From: the human T2T-CHM13v2.0 reference genome, Homo sapiens
NCBI RefSeq assembly: GCF_009914755.1
Contig: NC_060947.1
DNA length: 64,000 nt
Direction: 5' to 3' (one strand)
Position numbers and translations under genes: made by a program. Positions 1 through 16,295 of the stretch are shown here, piece by piece. The first letter of the stretch is position 1. Each line of letters opens with the position of its first letter. Under the pieces are notes generated by a model. It was not told the origin of the DNA and did not search any database. It saw nothing but the letters and a program-made list of their open reading frames with translations.

Positions 1-943
1 ATATAGGAAACATCACAAAAAGCATCAGGAAGGAAGGGATGGATTAATAAATAATAGTGCTGTGCCTATTTAAAATAAAAGGCCAATTTACAGCCTTACC
101 TTTTATCATACCCCAAAATTTATAAGGACACTCAAGAATTAAGTGTAAATAATGAGACCATAAAAGATTAAAAAATGACTAGTTCATCTGTAGATGGGAA
201 AGAACTTTCAAACAAAATAATAGAAATAACTATAGGGAAAAATTCATAGATTTGACTTAAAAATTTAGATTCTTTGTCCCAAACCATAAAAACTGAAGCA
301 AAAGTACAAAGCAGGAAAAATATTCACAACAGATATGACATTTACTGGAGAGCCTTTTATTTCAGCCACCAACAAACAAACTTCACTTGTAAAGAGGCTT
401 GTAGGGGTATTTTTAATCGGAAGAAAAGATTTGAAACTCGGAATATAATCTGAATTATGTCAACTCAGACGAGAGATAAACTATGCGGCATTCCCATGTT
501 GGATGATGTAGTGTCCTCTGTCATAGCTACATGGCCCAGCTGAGTGGCTGCCATAGTGCCTCAGTCAGTCCATGTTTTCAGATGAAGACTTGGAGAGCTG
601 GTTGGGGATGGTAACAGTGAGCACAGAACTGGAAAGGAGGTAGTAAGTTTGTTCGAAACTTCTATTTTTCCTTTTATTTCCCCACTTCAAGTTCACATGC
701 AAGGGAATGGGAAGCAAAGTAACATTTGTTTATTTATGTGCCCTTCACTGTTCTAGGTGCTTCCCATGCATTATCATCAGTTAATCTTCATGGCATTGTG
801 ATGTAAGCAGCAACTGTATTTTACATATGTAGGGATGCAAGTTGGTAGACTTCCATTCTACTGACATTGTCTCTGCTAATGCTTTTCACTTTTGTTTAGT
901 TCTGTCCAAGCACAATGGTGATTGCTGAGATGTCTTTTATTTT

Positions 944-2042
<1,099 letters not shown>

Positions 2043-2079
2043 TTAACTGTTACACTTATATTCTTTTTTGGTAATTTCA

Positions 2080-3140
2080 CATATAAATAGTTTTTAGTTA
2101 TAAAACGTTTCAAACATACAAAAATGGAAAAACACAACATAACAGGCAGCTAAGTACCCATCACCCCAATTGAAAAGATGTTAACATTTTCGTTTTACTT
2201 AAAAGTTTTTTCATACCCATATACATCATCCAAAATGTTAGATATATTAAAGCTCACTTCACATCCTTCCCTGAGGAAACCTCTTTCCTGAAGTTGGTGT
2301 ATATCACTCTGACGTATATTTTTGTGCTTTTACAACATACATATGCATAACAATATGCACTTTTTCTTTTAAAAATTTACACAAATGGTATCTTACTATT
2401 ACATTCTTTGTAACTCTTTTCACTCAAATTTTGTTTATCTATGTAGACTCATGTAGGTCTTGTTCATTCATTTTCACTGATGTAGTGTTTTACTGCATGA
2501 ATAAACAATGGTTCATTTCTCCATTTCCCCTAACAATGGGCAATTTGGTGGTTTCCACTTTTTCCACTAATTGAAACCATGCTCAAGTGAATTCTTTTGT
2601 ATACCCAATGCCCATGTGTGAAGTTTATGGCTAACACCTAAAAGCAGAAATGCTTGGTTGTAAGGGTATGTACATTTTCAGCTTATCTCAGTTTTGACAA
2701 ATTGCTTTCCAAAGTGATTTTACCAATTTATATGCCCATCTCACTACAAGGCAGAAATGAGTTCCTGTTTACCCACAACCTTACCAACACTTGGTTTTAT
2801 CAGATTTACTAATTTTTGCCAATCTGGTAGGTATGAAATGGTATCTCATTGTGGTTTTAATTTGCACTTCCCTGATTACTAGTGAAATGAAGCATCATTT
2901 CATATACTTTTTGCTCATTCAGTTTTCTTCTTGGGTGAATGGCCTATTCATATCTATACCCCTCCCCCTCCCTTTTCCCCTAATGAGTTGCTTATCTTTT
3001 TTTTTCCTTTTTCTTTTTAAAAAATTGTTGAAGTAGTTCTTTATATATTCTGGGTTCTAAATCCTTTGTTATTTATATAGTTTGCAAATAACTTCTAACA
3101 CTATGCACTTGTCTTTTACTTTGCTTATGGTTTCTTTTGT
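2080..3140 (-). mobile_element. Old L1M 3' region
   Basis: T-rich; GGTATGAAATGGTATCTCATTGTGGTTTTAATTTGCACTTCCCTGATTACTAGTGA antisense ORF2-end signature. Confidence 0.75.
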
Positions 3141-3679
3141 CAGACACTAGAAGCAAAGCTAAAAATTTTTCTAATCAATAAATTGAAATAAACACTGGCA
3201 CTTATGCATTCCTCAAGGACCAAGCTAAAGAACTTGCAGATGAAATTATCTTATAATTAGATAGCTTGGTATTTCAGTTATAAATAGTATAGAGGAGTCG
3301 AAATCAGGTGTTCCTTGAGAACATGAAAATAGAAATGTTTTCTAAGAGTTCAACTACAAAATCCAAATACCTGAGTACAAATATGTAAAACAACTTCAGA
3401 GACAGAAAGTCTCTTAGACCAGGAGATGACCTGATTAAATGCATTAGCATATCTACAGAAAGAATTGGCTGTTCACTAGGAGATGAGGGAAAATTAGAAG
3501 AAAAAAAGTGCTAGAAAAATGTTGGTATTGCCCATCCAACACAGTCCAGGGGATTGATCTTGGCCAATGTATACGGATTATTATGGTCCCATCATTAAGG
3601 CCATGGCAAGAATTATGGTAAGGCTGAATCCAATAGGTTTTCTTATCCCAATAATATTAAGCATTATTAAATAACAAAC

Positions 3680-3895
3680 TGAGAGGCAGCATAAAAGACT
3701 GGTTAAAAGGGTGAATGATGCAGTCAGACTGCCTGAGTTATTTCTGCTGCCATCACTTACAATGTAACATTGGGTAAGCTCTATTTCCTCTACTAAGAAA
3801 ACAGGAATTATAGTAGTACCTAACTCATAGGGTTGTTAGGAGGACTCAATGAGTAAATAAATGTACCTGGCCAAGTAGAAACATGCAATATATGG
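3680..3895 (+). mobile_element. MIR
   Basis: AGTCAGACTGCCTG...TAGTACCTAACTCATAGGGTTGTTAGGAGGA. Confidence 0.6.
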
Positions 3896-4124
3896 TATCT
3901 AAATACCCAAATGCCAAGGGAAAGGCAGAGAAAATACATAAAATGGAATGGCTAGAAGCTGAGGGTAAACATCAGAACTAGGAAGATACATAGTGGAAGT
4001 TGATCTGGATCAAGGGAGGTGGGGGAAGTAACTCAGAAAGAGTTATTTTATTCAGCCTCAGCTTTCACTAATAATAGCAATGTCCAGGACAGGAGAGGTA
4101 ACAGATCCATTGTATTTTATGCTA

Positions 4125-4491
<367 letters not shown>

Positions 4492-5591
4492 TTAGAAGAG
4501 ATGTTAATACATATCTGATTCTTGGTTTTTCTCCGTCTAATCAGAGACACCAAACAGGTCACCATATTGCATTCTGAAGTGAGGACAAGGCACCTTCATC
4601 TAAACCTGGCTCCATAGCATGAACTCAGGCAGGCCCAGTAATCACGTAAATGTGGTATATTTTGAAATTTTGTCCAACAGCAAATTTCTAAACCAAAAGT
4701 TCTTAATGCCTTCCATTAATACTGCTGGCATAGCTATTATAGGCCCTTTGCAGACAGTTCCTTCCTACATTTCCTGCCTTGTCCTGTGTGCCATTACTTA
4801 TTGAGACTTTCTAGCACCCCGGCACCCCTCCCCGTGGTCTGCTTTTTTCCTTTCCTGTACTCAGCAGCACCTCTCTCTTCCCCAATTCAGTTTGTCTCTT
4901 TGTTTTCCTAGTTTCTCTTTTAATGGCCTTTCTCACAATTTGGTGCCCTCTTCTCTTGGGTCCTCTGAACTGTCAGAAGATGAAACACTTCATATTTGTG
5001 TGGAAATTCAGTTTGTTCTCAAAAGAAAAACACTGTTTCCTCTACATGAAAAATAACTTTCAGCTGGCTGCAAAGGGAACTGGTGAGGTTTGCATGCATG
5101 TTCATATTCAGTTCCCCTTTGTGGCTAGTGAAACTTGAAAAACACAGGAACACACAGGGTCAGCTCTTGTGGGGACTGATTACAGGGTTCCAAAAAGATG
5201 TGGCAAGTAGGGAGAGGATGCAGCTAAGTAAGTGAATGCAAGTCTCATGGCCCAGTAGTTTGACATTTATGATCCTGAAAATAATGAAACCTTGAATAAT
5301 GGTAGGAGGGAATAAGCATGGTAGGAGGGAAAGCTACCCCACCATGCTAGACTAATCATCTTTCTACATCCTTTTAAGCTCTGGTATTGAAGATGTCAAT
5401 GAACTTATCCAGCTCTCAGGATCAAACTAGCTATTGGGAAGCAAGAGCAACAGACTTTTCTTCTGGTTTTACTGAAAAGTTAGATTAATATTCTGGAAAG
5501 AGAAGGTAAAGGGAGAGGATTTATAGAAGATAAAAAGCACAAAGGAAACATCATGGATTCATGGCATATTATATATACATATACACATATA

Positions 5592-5776
<185 letters not shown>

Positions 5777-6011
5777 TAATACAAGAAACAACCAAAACAA
5801 CATGACAGCTCCAAGACCAAAGTGGGACAGGGTGGGTATCTCTCACAAAGCAAAATTTCCTTTTCTTTTAGGAATATTACCCAGGAAACTACGAACTCTG
5901 AGATACACATACTATAGTAATCCCTAAAGAAAGAGCCAATTCACTGCATTTCAAGGAGAAAATATAACAAGTCTAGTTAGAACATTAAAGTTGAAAGCAC
6001 ATCCAAGGAAA

Positions 6012-6494
6012 TGTGTTAGATTAAAAATTGCCCCCAATTCCTGGCCACTCTTCTCATCCAGAGGTGGAGTCTACTTTCCCAGTTGAATCTGGGCAGGTAT
6101 TAAGACTTGCTTTGACCAATAAAATGTGGTAGACATTGTATGACATTTGAATAAGGCCTTAAGAGACCTTGCAGCTTCCAGTTTTGCCCTCTTGGAACCT
6201 GAGACCATCACATTGTAAAGAAGCCCAGGATGAAAGATCACATGGAGAGAGGGGCACAGCCTGCTCAACTCTTCCAGGTGATGCTCCAGACACGTGAGTG
6301 AGGCCATGTTGAACCAGCTAGCCTCAGCTGAGCTGACAGATGACTAAGCTGCATGAATGACCACCAGGTGAGACAAACAGAACTACCCAGCTGAGTCTAG
6401 AACAAATTGCAGAATTGAGAGTGAATAAATGGTTCTTGTGTTAAGCCACCAAGTCTAGGGGTAGTTAAGTATGCAGCAATAGATAAATGATGCA
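6012..6494 (+). mobile_element. MLT1 (MaLR) LTR
   Basis: TGTG start; typical 3' end AATAAATGG...TTAAGCCAC...GCAGCAATAGATAA...CA. Confidence 0.7.
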
Positions 6495-6803
6495 TAAAAA
6501 ATATAAATGAAGAATATGTGTAGCACTGATTTCTAAAAAGATGACAATAAATATAGTAATTTAACAAAAAAGACAATGCCTTGAGTTATTTTACTTGAAA
6601 GCTTTGTGTGTGTGCATGAGAGAGCGAGAGAGAGAAAGAGAGAGAGACAGAATGTACCTTCCAAACCAATGAAGGGCAGGGAGTAGTGGAGCTGCTGAAG
6701 ATTTAGTAACAAACCACTTGTTCTAGGAGATAAAAACAAGTACATGCTCCCCCTGATGAAGAGAGCTGAATAAAGAGGGAATGGTTATTATAAGCTATCT
6801 CTT

Positions 6804-7129
<326 letters not shown>

Positions 7130-8002
7130 CTATAGTCGAGGATAGAGGTGATTTCTCCTATACTGTCTTCATTAGGTGAAAATACTTTAAATTACATTTA
7201 TTAATAGACATAACATGTTTTTATTACAAGCTTTTCAGTGTTATTTGACTTTTAAAACTATGTCCATCAATTTCTATGATTAAAAAAAGTTAAAGAAAAA
7301 CTAAAAGATACAGTAATAAAAACTTTCACATACTGAAATGTAAGACTTTCTTTCTACCACTAGGATAACTGTAGTTGTGAATACTTTACAAAAGTAACTC
7401 TTGTGATAATCACTAGTACAAAACAAAACAAAAACTATCCCTAAAGGACATACCCTATTAAGGGCAGATGAGTGGCACTGGGCTTTCATCTTAAGGACAG
7501 AAATCCATTGTCTATACAATTACTTTTTTTCTATCATGTGTAAAGTGGTTTTCAGCTACTAAAAGAAATTTATTGTTGTATTAGAGCTTCAAAAAATCCC
7601 CAAACTTTTCTATTGCTTTATGTTTCTAGCTGGAAAATAGTGCAATGTGGGCAGTTTATGCGTCAGCAAAAGTGGTTTAACTAGGGCTGGTAATATATTA
7701 CCCTCTGCTGGCCAAGGCACTATTAAAAAAGTGACCCTCTTAAAGACTTTTTTCAGTGTTATTATAAAATTTAACGCAGGTTTCTTCTTTCCAGTTTTTT
7801 TTTTCTCCAGATATTTCTGGAACTCTAGAGAACTTATACTTCCAAGTTCAATACTTTATTTGTAGGTTTATTAAAACCATACATTTTTAGGCTGGCTTTT
7901 GATAGAGGAAAGGGAAGAAGAGGCAACATGAAAATATTAGAAACTATGCCACATACAGTGCTGTTTGAGAAATAATATAAAACAACAAGACTTGTTTAGA
8001 GT

Positions 8003-8098
8003 GATGTCTTAAAAGGACTACTTCAAATGTAATACATCCACTCACCAAAAGATGTCTTAAAAGGACTACTTCAAATCTAATATATCCATTCACCAAAA
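8003..8098 (+). repeat. 48-bp tandem duplication
   Basis: GATGTCTTAAAAGGACTACTTCAAAT...CACCAAAA x2, 3 mismatches. Confidence 0.95.
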
Positions 8099-9009
8099 GA
8101 TTACCAAGATGCCACCACCAAGGAAACAGCTGATTTAGGCAAGAAGAGAATCATCGAAGAATGTCAAAATCCAGTGGGTGAAAGGGAAACACAGTATACT
8201 CATAGAGTCTTAAAATATCACCTTCAGATTACTTATCAATTACAATGAAAACAGGGTACCTTTACAGTGGAGAGTTGGCAGGAGTTAATAAATCTCGAGA
8301 TTGAAAATTGGAAACAAGTACATAAATGAGATATATTTTTGGTCATTGGGGATAGCTGGTCTCCTTATTTAAAGCAATAAACTAGATTCTATTGAGTATT
8401 ATCATATATTATGAGAGTCCATATAAAACAGTAAAGAATGTGGGCTCTAAAGTCAGACTATCTGGGTTCAAATCTAGACCTTATAATAGAGCAGTTTTAT
8501 CACTGTAGGCAAGTTATCCTCTGTGGACCCACATCCATCATCTAGAAAGTGACAGTAATAATAGAATCTATCTCAGAGATATTTCTAAAATTATATGAAT
8601 ATATATATAAAAGCAGATCAGTGGCTGTCACTTATTATTATTAATTTTCTAAATGTGGTTCTCAGAGAAACCTGTGACTTTCATGCTTGGGGCGCTTAAG
8701 AGAAAATGAATACAGACACTAATGGGTATAGGAGGGAAGACATGAGATATTCAATTCTTCTTTCTCTTCCCTTGACATCTATCTCTTTTTTTCCCCTTGA
8801 TTAAGGACAGGAAGTTACATGGAGCAGGGGACTTCACCTTAAGACAATTGTATCTAGAAATTCAAAAGAAGTGATTGGTAATAAAATGGCCAGGAAACTT
8901 TGGCCCTAGAAAGAGACAGTGAAGTGGAGAATTCTGGGCACTGATATATGATGCCTTTTAAATTCGCTAAATCTCACTGCAATCCAAGTCACTGTTTCCC
9001 AGGGTATAG

Positions 9010-9013
<4 letters not shown>

Positions 9014-9072
<59 letters not shown>
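9014..9072. repeat. (TG)~29 microsatellite
   Basis: Uninterrupted TG run. Confidence 0.98.
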
Positions 9073-9075
<3 letters not shown>

Positions 9076-9504
9076 GTACCTGGGGTGATACAATGGAACA
9101 GCATTATTTTTGGAATTCTATCCTCAACTGCTTTATTCATAGAAATCTTTATCTACTTTTGGCTTTTTAAAGAATCTACAGAAAAGAATGGTTAGTTCTG
9201 AAGCATAATATGAACCAAGTTTGACTGATTTGAAGATGTCAAAATTCAAAATTTGTCCCTCAAATATATTTTTGCCTCACGTAATTCAATGCTAAAGTTT
9301 CTCCCCTATTCTAAACCTGCTAATTTCCTGTCTGCTTTTCAACTACCACCCCTGAAATGATTCCAGTTCTTATGACTGCCACTGAAGTCGCTAGAGTTTC
9401 TATGCTGTGCATTCCTAAAAGACAATGTTTAGCCAGCACACTCAAGCTTATATGAAAAGCCAAAAGCCAAAGCTGAAGGATAGTGAAACTTTGATGATCA
9501 GGTC

Positions 9505-10332
9505 TGTGATACTATAAAATATATATTTGGTCTTCAACCCTCTTTCCAGGCATACAACTGCTAAAATCCTTAGAAACTCCAGAATGATGTCTTTTTGTAT
9601 GCTAATGGTTGACTGATGGCTGGAACCCTTAGGTAGTTTCAGGATGAGGCTGGTAGCCTTGAAAGACTAGGCAGGATTAGAGGGTTGGGACATTAAGCCC
9701 CATCCCCAACCTCCAAGGAGGGGAGAGGGGCTGAAGGTTAAATTAATCTCCAATGGCCAATCGTTTAACCAATCATGCCTACATAATGAAGCCTCCATAA
9801 AACCGCAAAAGGACAGTGTTCGGAGAGTTTCTGGATAGCTGAACTTGTGGAGTTTCCCAGATGGTGGTGCCTCTGTCCAGAGAGGACAGGAAAGCTCCGT
9901 GCCCCAGGATTATGCATCTTTTCATCTGTATCCTTTATAATAAACGGGTATATGTAACTGGTTCCCTGAGTTCTGTGAGGCGCTCTAGCAAATTAATTGG
10001 GCCCAAAGAGGGAGCCGTGGGATCCCTGATTTATAGCTAGTCAGTCAGAAGCATAGGTGACACAGCCTGGGGCTAGCCATTGGCATCTAAAGGTGGGGGC
10101 CAGTCTTGGGGACTAAGCCCTCAACCTGTGGAATCTGATGCTATCTCTAGGTACATAGTGTCAGAACATAACTGAATTAGAGGACACCTAGCTGGTGTCA
10201 ACTGCAGAATTGCTTGCTTGCTTGTTGGTTGGGGAGAAATCCCCACACATTTGGTCACAGAAATCATCTGTGTTAATTGTTGTTGAAAGAGTAGAAAAGT
10301 ACTTTGTGAGTTTTGTTTTCCTTCCAAACTAT
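9505..10332 (+). mobile_element. MER21-family (MER21A/B-like) LTR, 5' LTR of ERVL-type provirus
   Basis: Starts TGTGATACT...ATATATTTGGTC; homologous along its length to 16763-17622; followed by PBS-like TGG at 10337. Confidence 0.8.
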
Positions 10333-10414
10333 GAATTGGTTTCAGTGAGGTAGGGTTTGCTAGAATGGATTTGGCTCACAGAAACATGTGGTTTGGGAAG
10401 AGAAAGAATGAAAG

Positions 10415-11065
10415 TGACAGCAGCAGGAGGCAGACAAAATGCCTAGACAGATAGGGGCGAGTCCTCAGTGAAATTGACCTTCAAGCTGAAGACAGTTTAA
10501 AGCCTACCTACATGTCCCGGGTAAATCCATGGACTGGATTGAGAACCTGTCTTCCTGTTTGGTGTGCTTTCCTCTGATTGATCCCCGCCCCTCACCTATT
10601 TTACATATACCTACCCTTCCCTAATTGGTTTTCTACACTGTTGTGCCCACCTTTGAGTGGTGTCTTCGCTTTAACCTTTTCTGCATACTCACAAACCAAT
10701 CAGCACACATGCCCCATTCTGAATCCATAAAATACCATGGACCCAGCCACACTGAGAGAGACAAACCACCCGACTGCAGGGGTGGGGGGGCCACCCGTGT
10801 CCCCTCTCTGCTGAAAGCTGTTCTGCTGCTCAATAAAATTCTTCCCTACCCATCCTCACCCTTCAAATTGTCAGCGTATCCTCATTCTTCGTGGATAAGG
10901 ACAGGAGCTTGGGAACTGCTGAACGCAGGTACAAGCCATAGCACAGGTGGGGTGAGTGGGCCTGACGCCTCAGCAGGCCCATGGCCAAGCAAAGGCCAGG
11001 TAGGGGGGCGTTGCTGGCCATGGAGGTCCCTGATTGGCAAAGTGGCCAAGAAAAATCCTGTGTCA
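10415..11065 (+). mobile_element. Solo ERV1 LTR (LTR27/LTR28-like) nested in the MER21 leader
   Basis: TG...CA termini (TGACAGC...CCTGTGTCA), CCAAT, CATAAAA, AATAAA; AAAG-like flanks; host leader is contiguous once it is removed. Confidence 0.7.
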
Positions 11066-11404
11066 AAAAGGTGGGAGATGAGGAATCTTTGATTCCTGGG
11101 TGGCCATGTGGTTTCCCACTGTTTTGAGCTGCAGCTGTGCTGCAATCAGCTACTAAAGGTAAAAGTTACTGGTGGAATTCAGAGATGGATGCAACTCCCG
11201 GGGAGTTGGTTCACTGGTTGCATGAGGGTATGCAGACTAATATGAAAAAGTGAAATACTAAATTCTTTGGTGTTTATCTCTAATAGCTAAATGAAATTAA
11301 AGGAGAATGCTAGGTTAGACTTTGTCTGTCTGAGCCCAGGCCACTAGCCTCAAAGCTGACCCCCAAGGAAAAATTATGCAAGGACACTGAAGTACCTTTA
11401 CGAT

Positions 11405-12091
11405 TGAAACTGCCTTTGCAAAACTGTAACTAAGGAAATTATGACAGTGAAAAATATCAGACCTAACCAACTCCATCTTGCTTCTAACCTCTAAACTGTC
11501 CTTGTCCATTACTGGGCATAGGCCAAACTAGCCTTGGGAAGGAATTTAATTTATAGTTTAAATAATAGCCCTTCCCAAAAGCTAAACTGTTCTTGTAAAA
11601 CGAATGAAAGGCCACCAGCCACCAAGTACGGATGAGAGGGGCTGGAATTCTAAATGTTACCAGCCATTATTCTGGAGGTCATAAGATTTGCAACTTACAT
11701 CACTATCGTGAACCTAAGATTGGCCTTTTGAGATATCTTTTCAGGTATTTGCATTTCTAACAACTGGATGGCCCCACCTGGACCTGCCAACCAGTTCTGT
11801 GGCCCCCTACCCAGGAACTGAATCAGCATGAGAGGACAGCTTTGACTCCCTATGATTTCATTCCAGAGCCAACCAATCAGCACTCCTGATTCACAGCCCA
11901 CTACCCACCAAATTATCCTTAAAATCTCTGATCCCCGAGTCTTCTGGGAGACTGATGTGAGTAATAATAAAACTCCGCTCTCCTGCACGGCTGGTTCTGC
12001 GTGAATTACTTTTTTTCTATTGCAATTTCCCTGTATTGATAAATCAGCTCTGTCTAGACAGCGGGCAAGATGAACCCACTGGACAGTTACA
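11405..12091 (+). mobile_element. Solo LTR8-family ERV1 LTR nested in MER21-int
   Basis: Begins TGAAACTGCCTTTGCAAAA, ends GGACAGTTACA; CCAAT and AATAAA present. Confidence 0.85.
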
Positions 12092-14261
12092 CAACCTGTG
12101 GTTATCAAGAAGGGTAGTCAATGTGGGGAAAGGGTAAAACTGATAAACTATTGAAACTGGAGGGTATACTGTGAAGGAACTGTCAGAGCAGTTTCTTTGG
12201 TTTTAAATGCTCAAGAGTGGAAGAGCATGTTTGGTTGAGGTAGGACCTGCAGTTCATTATTGAACAATCACAGATGGAAAGGTAGATTTCCAGACACACA
12301 GGAGGTTATTTCCAAGGGAATGGCCAGCGTGGTGGACTGGACCTGTTTACCCTGAGAAGGGGACTGTCCAATTTCACCTATAAATGCCAAGTGGTGTACC
12401 CTGAAGCAGCAGCTCATTTGCTTCCTATGTAGACCATGTGGGACTGGCTTTATGATGACTGAGATATTCACTCACTGAATACATCCATTACTCTGGCTGT
12501 AGTAAATGCTATGGCTAAGGGAGCCTCTTTTGTATGGGCACCAATGAAAACATGAGCGTAATTAACAAGAGACTGGGGAAAGGCAGAGGGGAGAGTCACA
12601 GGACTCATCCCAGGAAGGTGGAAAGTCTAAATGGTTATTGAGAAATAAGGTGAATGAAGAAAACATTGATGGGGTGAAACTAAGAGGAAAAAGAAAGGAG
12701 AGTCATGGGACTCATCTAAGCAGGGTAGAGTCTTTAGAGGGCTATTAAAAAATGGGATGAATAAAGTGGAAATTGATGGGGTTAAAACAAAGGTCATCAC
12801 TATAGAAGGTTGGTAGGGAGATTCTGCTGTTCTCCTAACGGTAAGAGGATCCAAACAGGTTTGGTGTATTTATCCCAGTTAGGAGAAATTGAAAAAATGA
12901 GAGGAAGAGATTACAATGAGAAAGCTGACCAACAATTACTTGGAGCAGTGTTGAGGCAGGTTAATCAAGACAAAGATTGACAAAAGGGCTAAGGTCCCTT
13001 GGCTCAACCCTCTGCTGGGGATTCAAAGCTTTTTTCTAAGGAGAAAATGGTAAAATGGTCTGGGAGTGAAGAAGAGAAATTCTGGGACTGGGACAGAAAG
13101 TAAGGGTTGGTAGGAATACGAGATTTAGAATGTTTATAAACAGGCTTTATGTAAAGAAGTTATGTCTCCTTTACCTGAATGTTTGATGGAACTGGATATT
13201 ATGTCTGGGTGGGGAACACTTCCCCTACCTAGTACTGTAAACTCAAAACCTGCTGGTAAAGTCGTAATAGAGGCTACAGTTAGGAAAGTAAGCATTGAGA
13301 AAATTAAGGTAAGTTGGTACATTTGAACACACTTTACATGAAGTGGTTGTATCTCTTTCACTTGACTGTATTATGGGGATATTGTGTCTGACTGGGGAAT
13401 GTTTCTCTTACCTTGTATTGTAAAACACCCTTGTAGCAATATTAATTGAACATGCTAAATGGCAAACCAGTAAGATTACCCAAGCCCACAATCTGTAGAA
13501 TAGAAGCTGGAATATCATAGGGACAAATTCTCCATTTGCTACCCCTTTGTGAGCGTTTACTGGGGCTTACTCAGAAGTCTGTGAGCATCTCCCAGTGACA
13601 ACTACTGGGACTTTGCAGTAGAGAATTTCCACTTGGGGGTATTTACTACCTTGCTATGGGACATTAACTGAAGTTAACCCCTATGACTGAAGGACATAAA
13701 ATGATCTTGACACCTGAAATACCCATGCTTTCTCACATGATGTCAGAGAAACATTCAAATGTGGATGGCAGTGCCCAGAACACTTCCATAATAAAATGGA
13801 AATGGTTTATACAGGAGCATCCTCCCTGGGAAGTGCAAAGAGGAAATACTCTCATGCAGGGAGCCTCTTTTCCCCTAGGACTGACTCTGGAACTGTGTGA
13901 GGAACTGCGGGATTCTACTGAGACTTGGACAGGGCCCCGTAAACAGCTCTCAACTGACCAACAAAGAGTTGCTTGGTGTGTAAATGACAGTTCCAAGGTG
14001 AACAATCTTGTTTGGAAGGATGCCACTCTTGATCAAAGAAGGTAAGACCAAATTAGCTTGGTGGCTGAATTGCATTCTGCAGAAATGAACAATAGCAAAA
14101 ACCCCTGTGTTTGATTTTTTTACTGACTCAGTGGCCTGGCCACATGGTCAGGCAGAAGGGCAGTGGAAACCTGGCCTATTTATTAAAGGGATGCCCATAT
14201 GGAGAATGGCCCTATGGAAATTTGAGGAGTGCATTAAAGTAGAACATGTCAATGCCCATCA

Positions 14262-14605
<344 letters not shown>

Positions 14606-15790
14606 TCACAAGCAGACAACCCTGGGTGCTCCCTTGAAGTGGCCACCTGGGTCTGTGAAATGAGTGGATAAACGGGTACTGCAACAGTGCAGAGATAGGC
14701 TGCATTTAGACATGTTTCTTTTGCACCATCTTAGGCACAAAATGCCAATAAAAACTGTTCTGTCTGCCAGCAAAAGAGACAGACATTGCCCATGGCTGTG
14801 GGGCAGATTTCCCTGGTGGGAAAGCCCTGAACAAGCTGGCAAGTGAGGCTGATGCTGGTAGCCCTGGGAGGCCACAAATGGGTTTTGACAGGAGTAGACA
14901 CTGATTCTGGACTGGGCTTTGCTTGCCCGGTGGAAGATGTGAATGATGAGAATACCATAAAAAAGCCAGAACAGAAGATATTGCACATATTTGGAGAGCT
15001 GAACACCATTTCTTCAGGCCAAAGAACACACGGTACAGCCCATAATGTTCCAGCAGTGGGCAGAGATATTCTTCTCAGAATAATAGTTTGCTCAGAGTGC
15101 CATAAAAGCTAGAGCAGAAGATATTGCACAGATTTGGATGGCTGTCACTTCTTCAGACCCAGGAACACATTATATAGCCTATAATGTTCAGCAATGGGCA
15201 GAGAGATATCTTCCTCAGAGTAACGGTTTGATAGAGAGTGGAACAGGCAATGAAAACACTGGTTGTCTAAAACAGAGGGAGATGAAAGCACGAAGAGCTG
15301 CCTTATTTGCCTTCGCAAGTGTGTGCTCACATTCAACATGAGTGGGGCTAAGGGAATTTCCCCACTCAATAGATTTCTCCGCTTTTCTGAGGTATCCGGG
15401 AAGAGGAGGTGTGGAAGGATGCTGGTATGACTATGCATTTCTTGCTAAGGGAGGAGTACACTGGTATAATGATCACTCTTTATTTTTCTTTCCCACATCA
15501 CCTCAACTTTTTTTTTACATTTCCCCTACCTGATGCATTGGTCCTAGGACCAGGGCTGCAACTACAAGTGCTGGAAGCAGGGGCAATTCCTAAGTAAGAA
15601 ACTGTAACTATGTTTTTAAACTTTGAGTCAGAATTCCTAAGGGTCTGATTGTGGGGTGGACTCCTAAGGGGTGGCTTGTGCCTTATCCCATCTGGCAAAA
15701 TTGGGGCTAACAATAAATGCAGCTATACTCCCTGGTGGTAAAAACAGCCCACTCGTTCTGCTGTGCCTATGGAACCTTACTCTATCTGAA

Positions 15791-16295
15791 TGTCAGATAC
15801 AATCAGTTTCTCTTCAAAAGTTTGGCATGTTAACTCCCTTGTTCTTTGTTCTCAATCTCAACTTCCTTGTTCTTCATGTCTCCTTGCCCCTGACTGAAGT
15901 AAACAACCTTCCCGCCAGTCTATAGTCCACAGCTGTTTCTTGCTCGTTGCCCTTAGTCACTCACTCTGCAAATTACCCCTCCTGCCATAACAGCTCTTAC
16001 CCCCAAAACTGCCCTTCCCGCCAGTGTAACCCCCTCCCTGCACACTTCAAATTAGCCAACCAAGACCAGTTTCGATTGTGTGGTCCAGCTCCATCCAATG
16101 GAGACAGGACACAGTAGTAGAAACTCATTGCATTAGGAATAAAAACCCCTGCTTTCCTTTGTTCTGTGTGCTCTCGCCATTGCTCCACCCGCGAGACGCA
16201 CGCTTCTATGGAAGTTAATTTGCCTTGCTGAGAAAACTTTTTGCGGGAGTGCTGATTTGATTCTTCTTTGTGGCACCGAAAATTTATTTCTAACA
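15791..16295 (+). mobile_element. Solo LTR10-family (HERV-I group) LTR nested in MER21-int
   Basis: TG...CA termini, perfect 4-bp TSD TGAA (15787-15790 and 16296-16299), LTR10-type 3' end GGCACCGAAA...TAACA. Confidence 0.8.

Noticed and set aside
10625-11145. Overlapping 66-155 aa ORFs on both strands
   Set aside because: Almost entirely within a GC-rich solo LTR.
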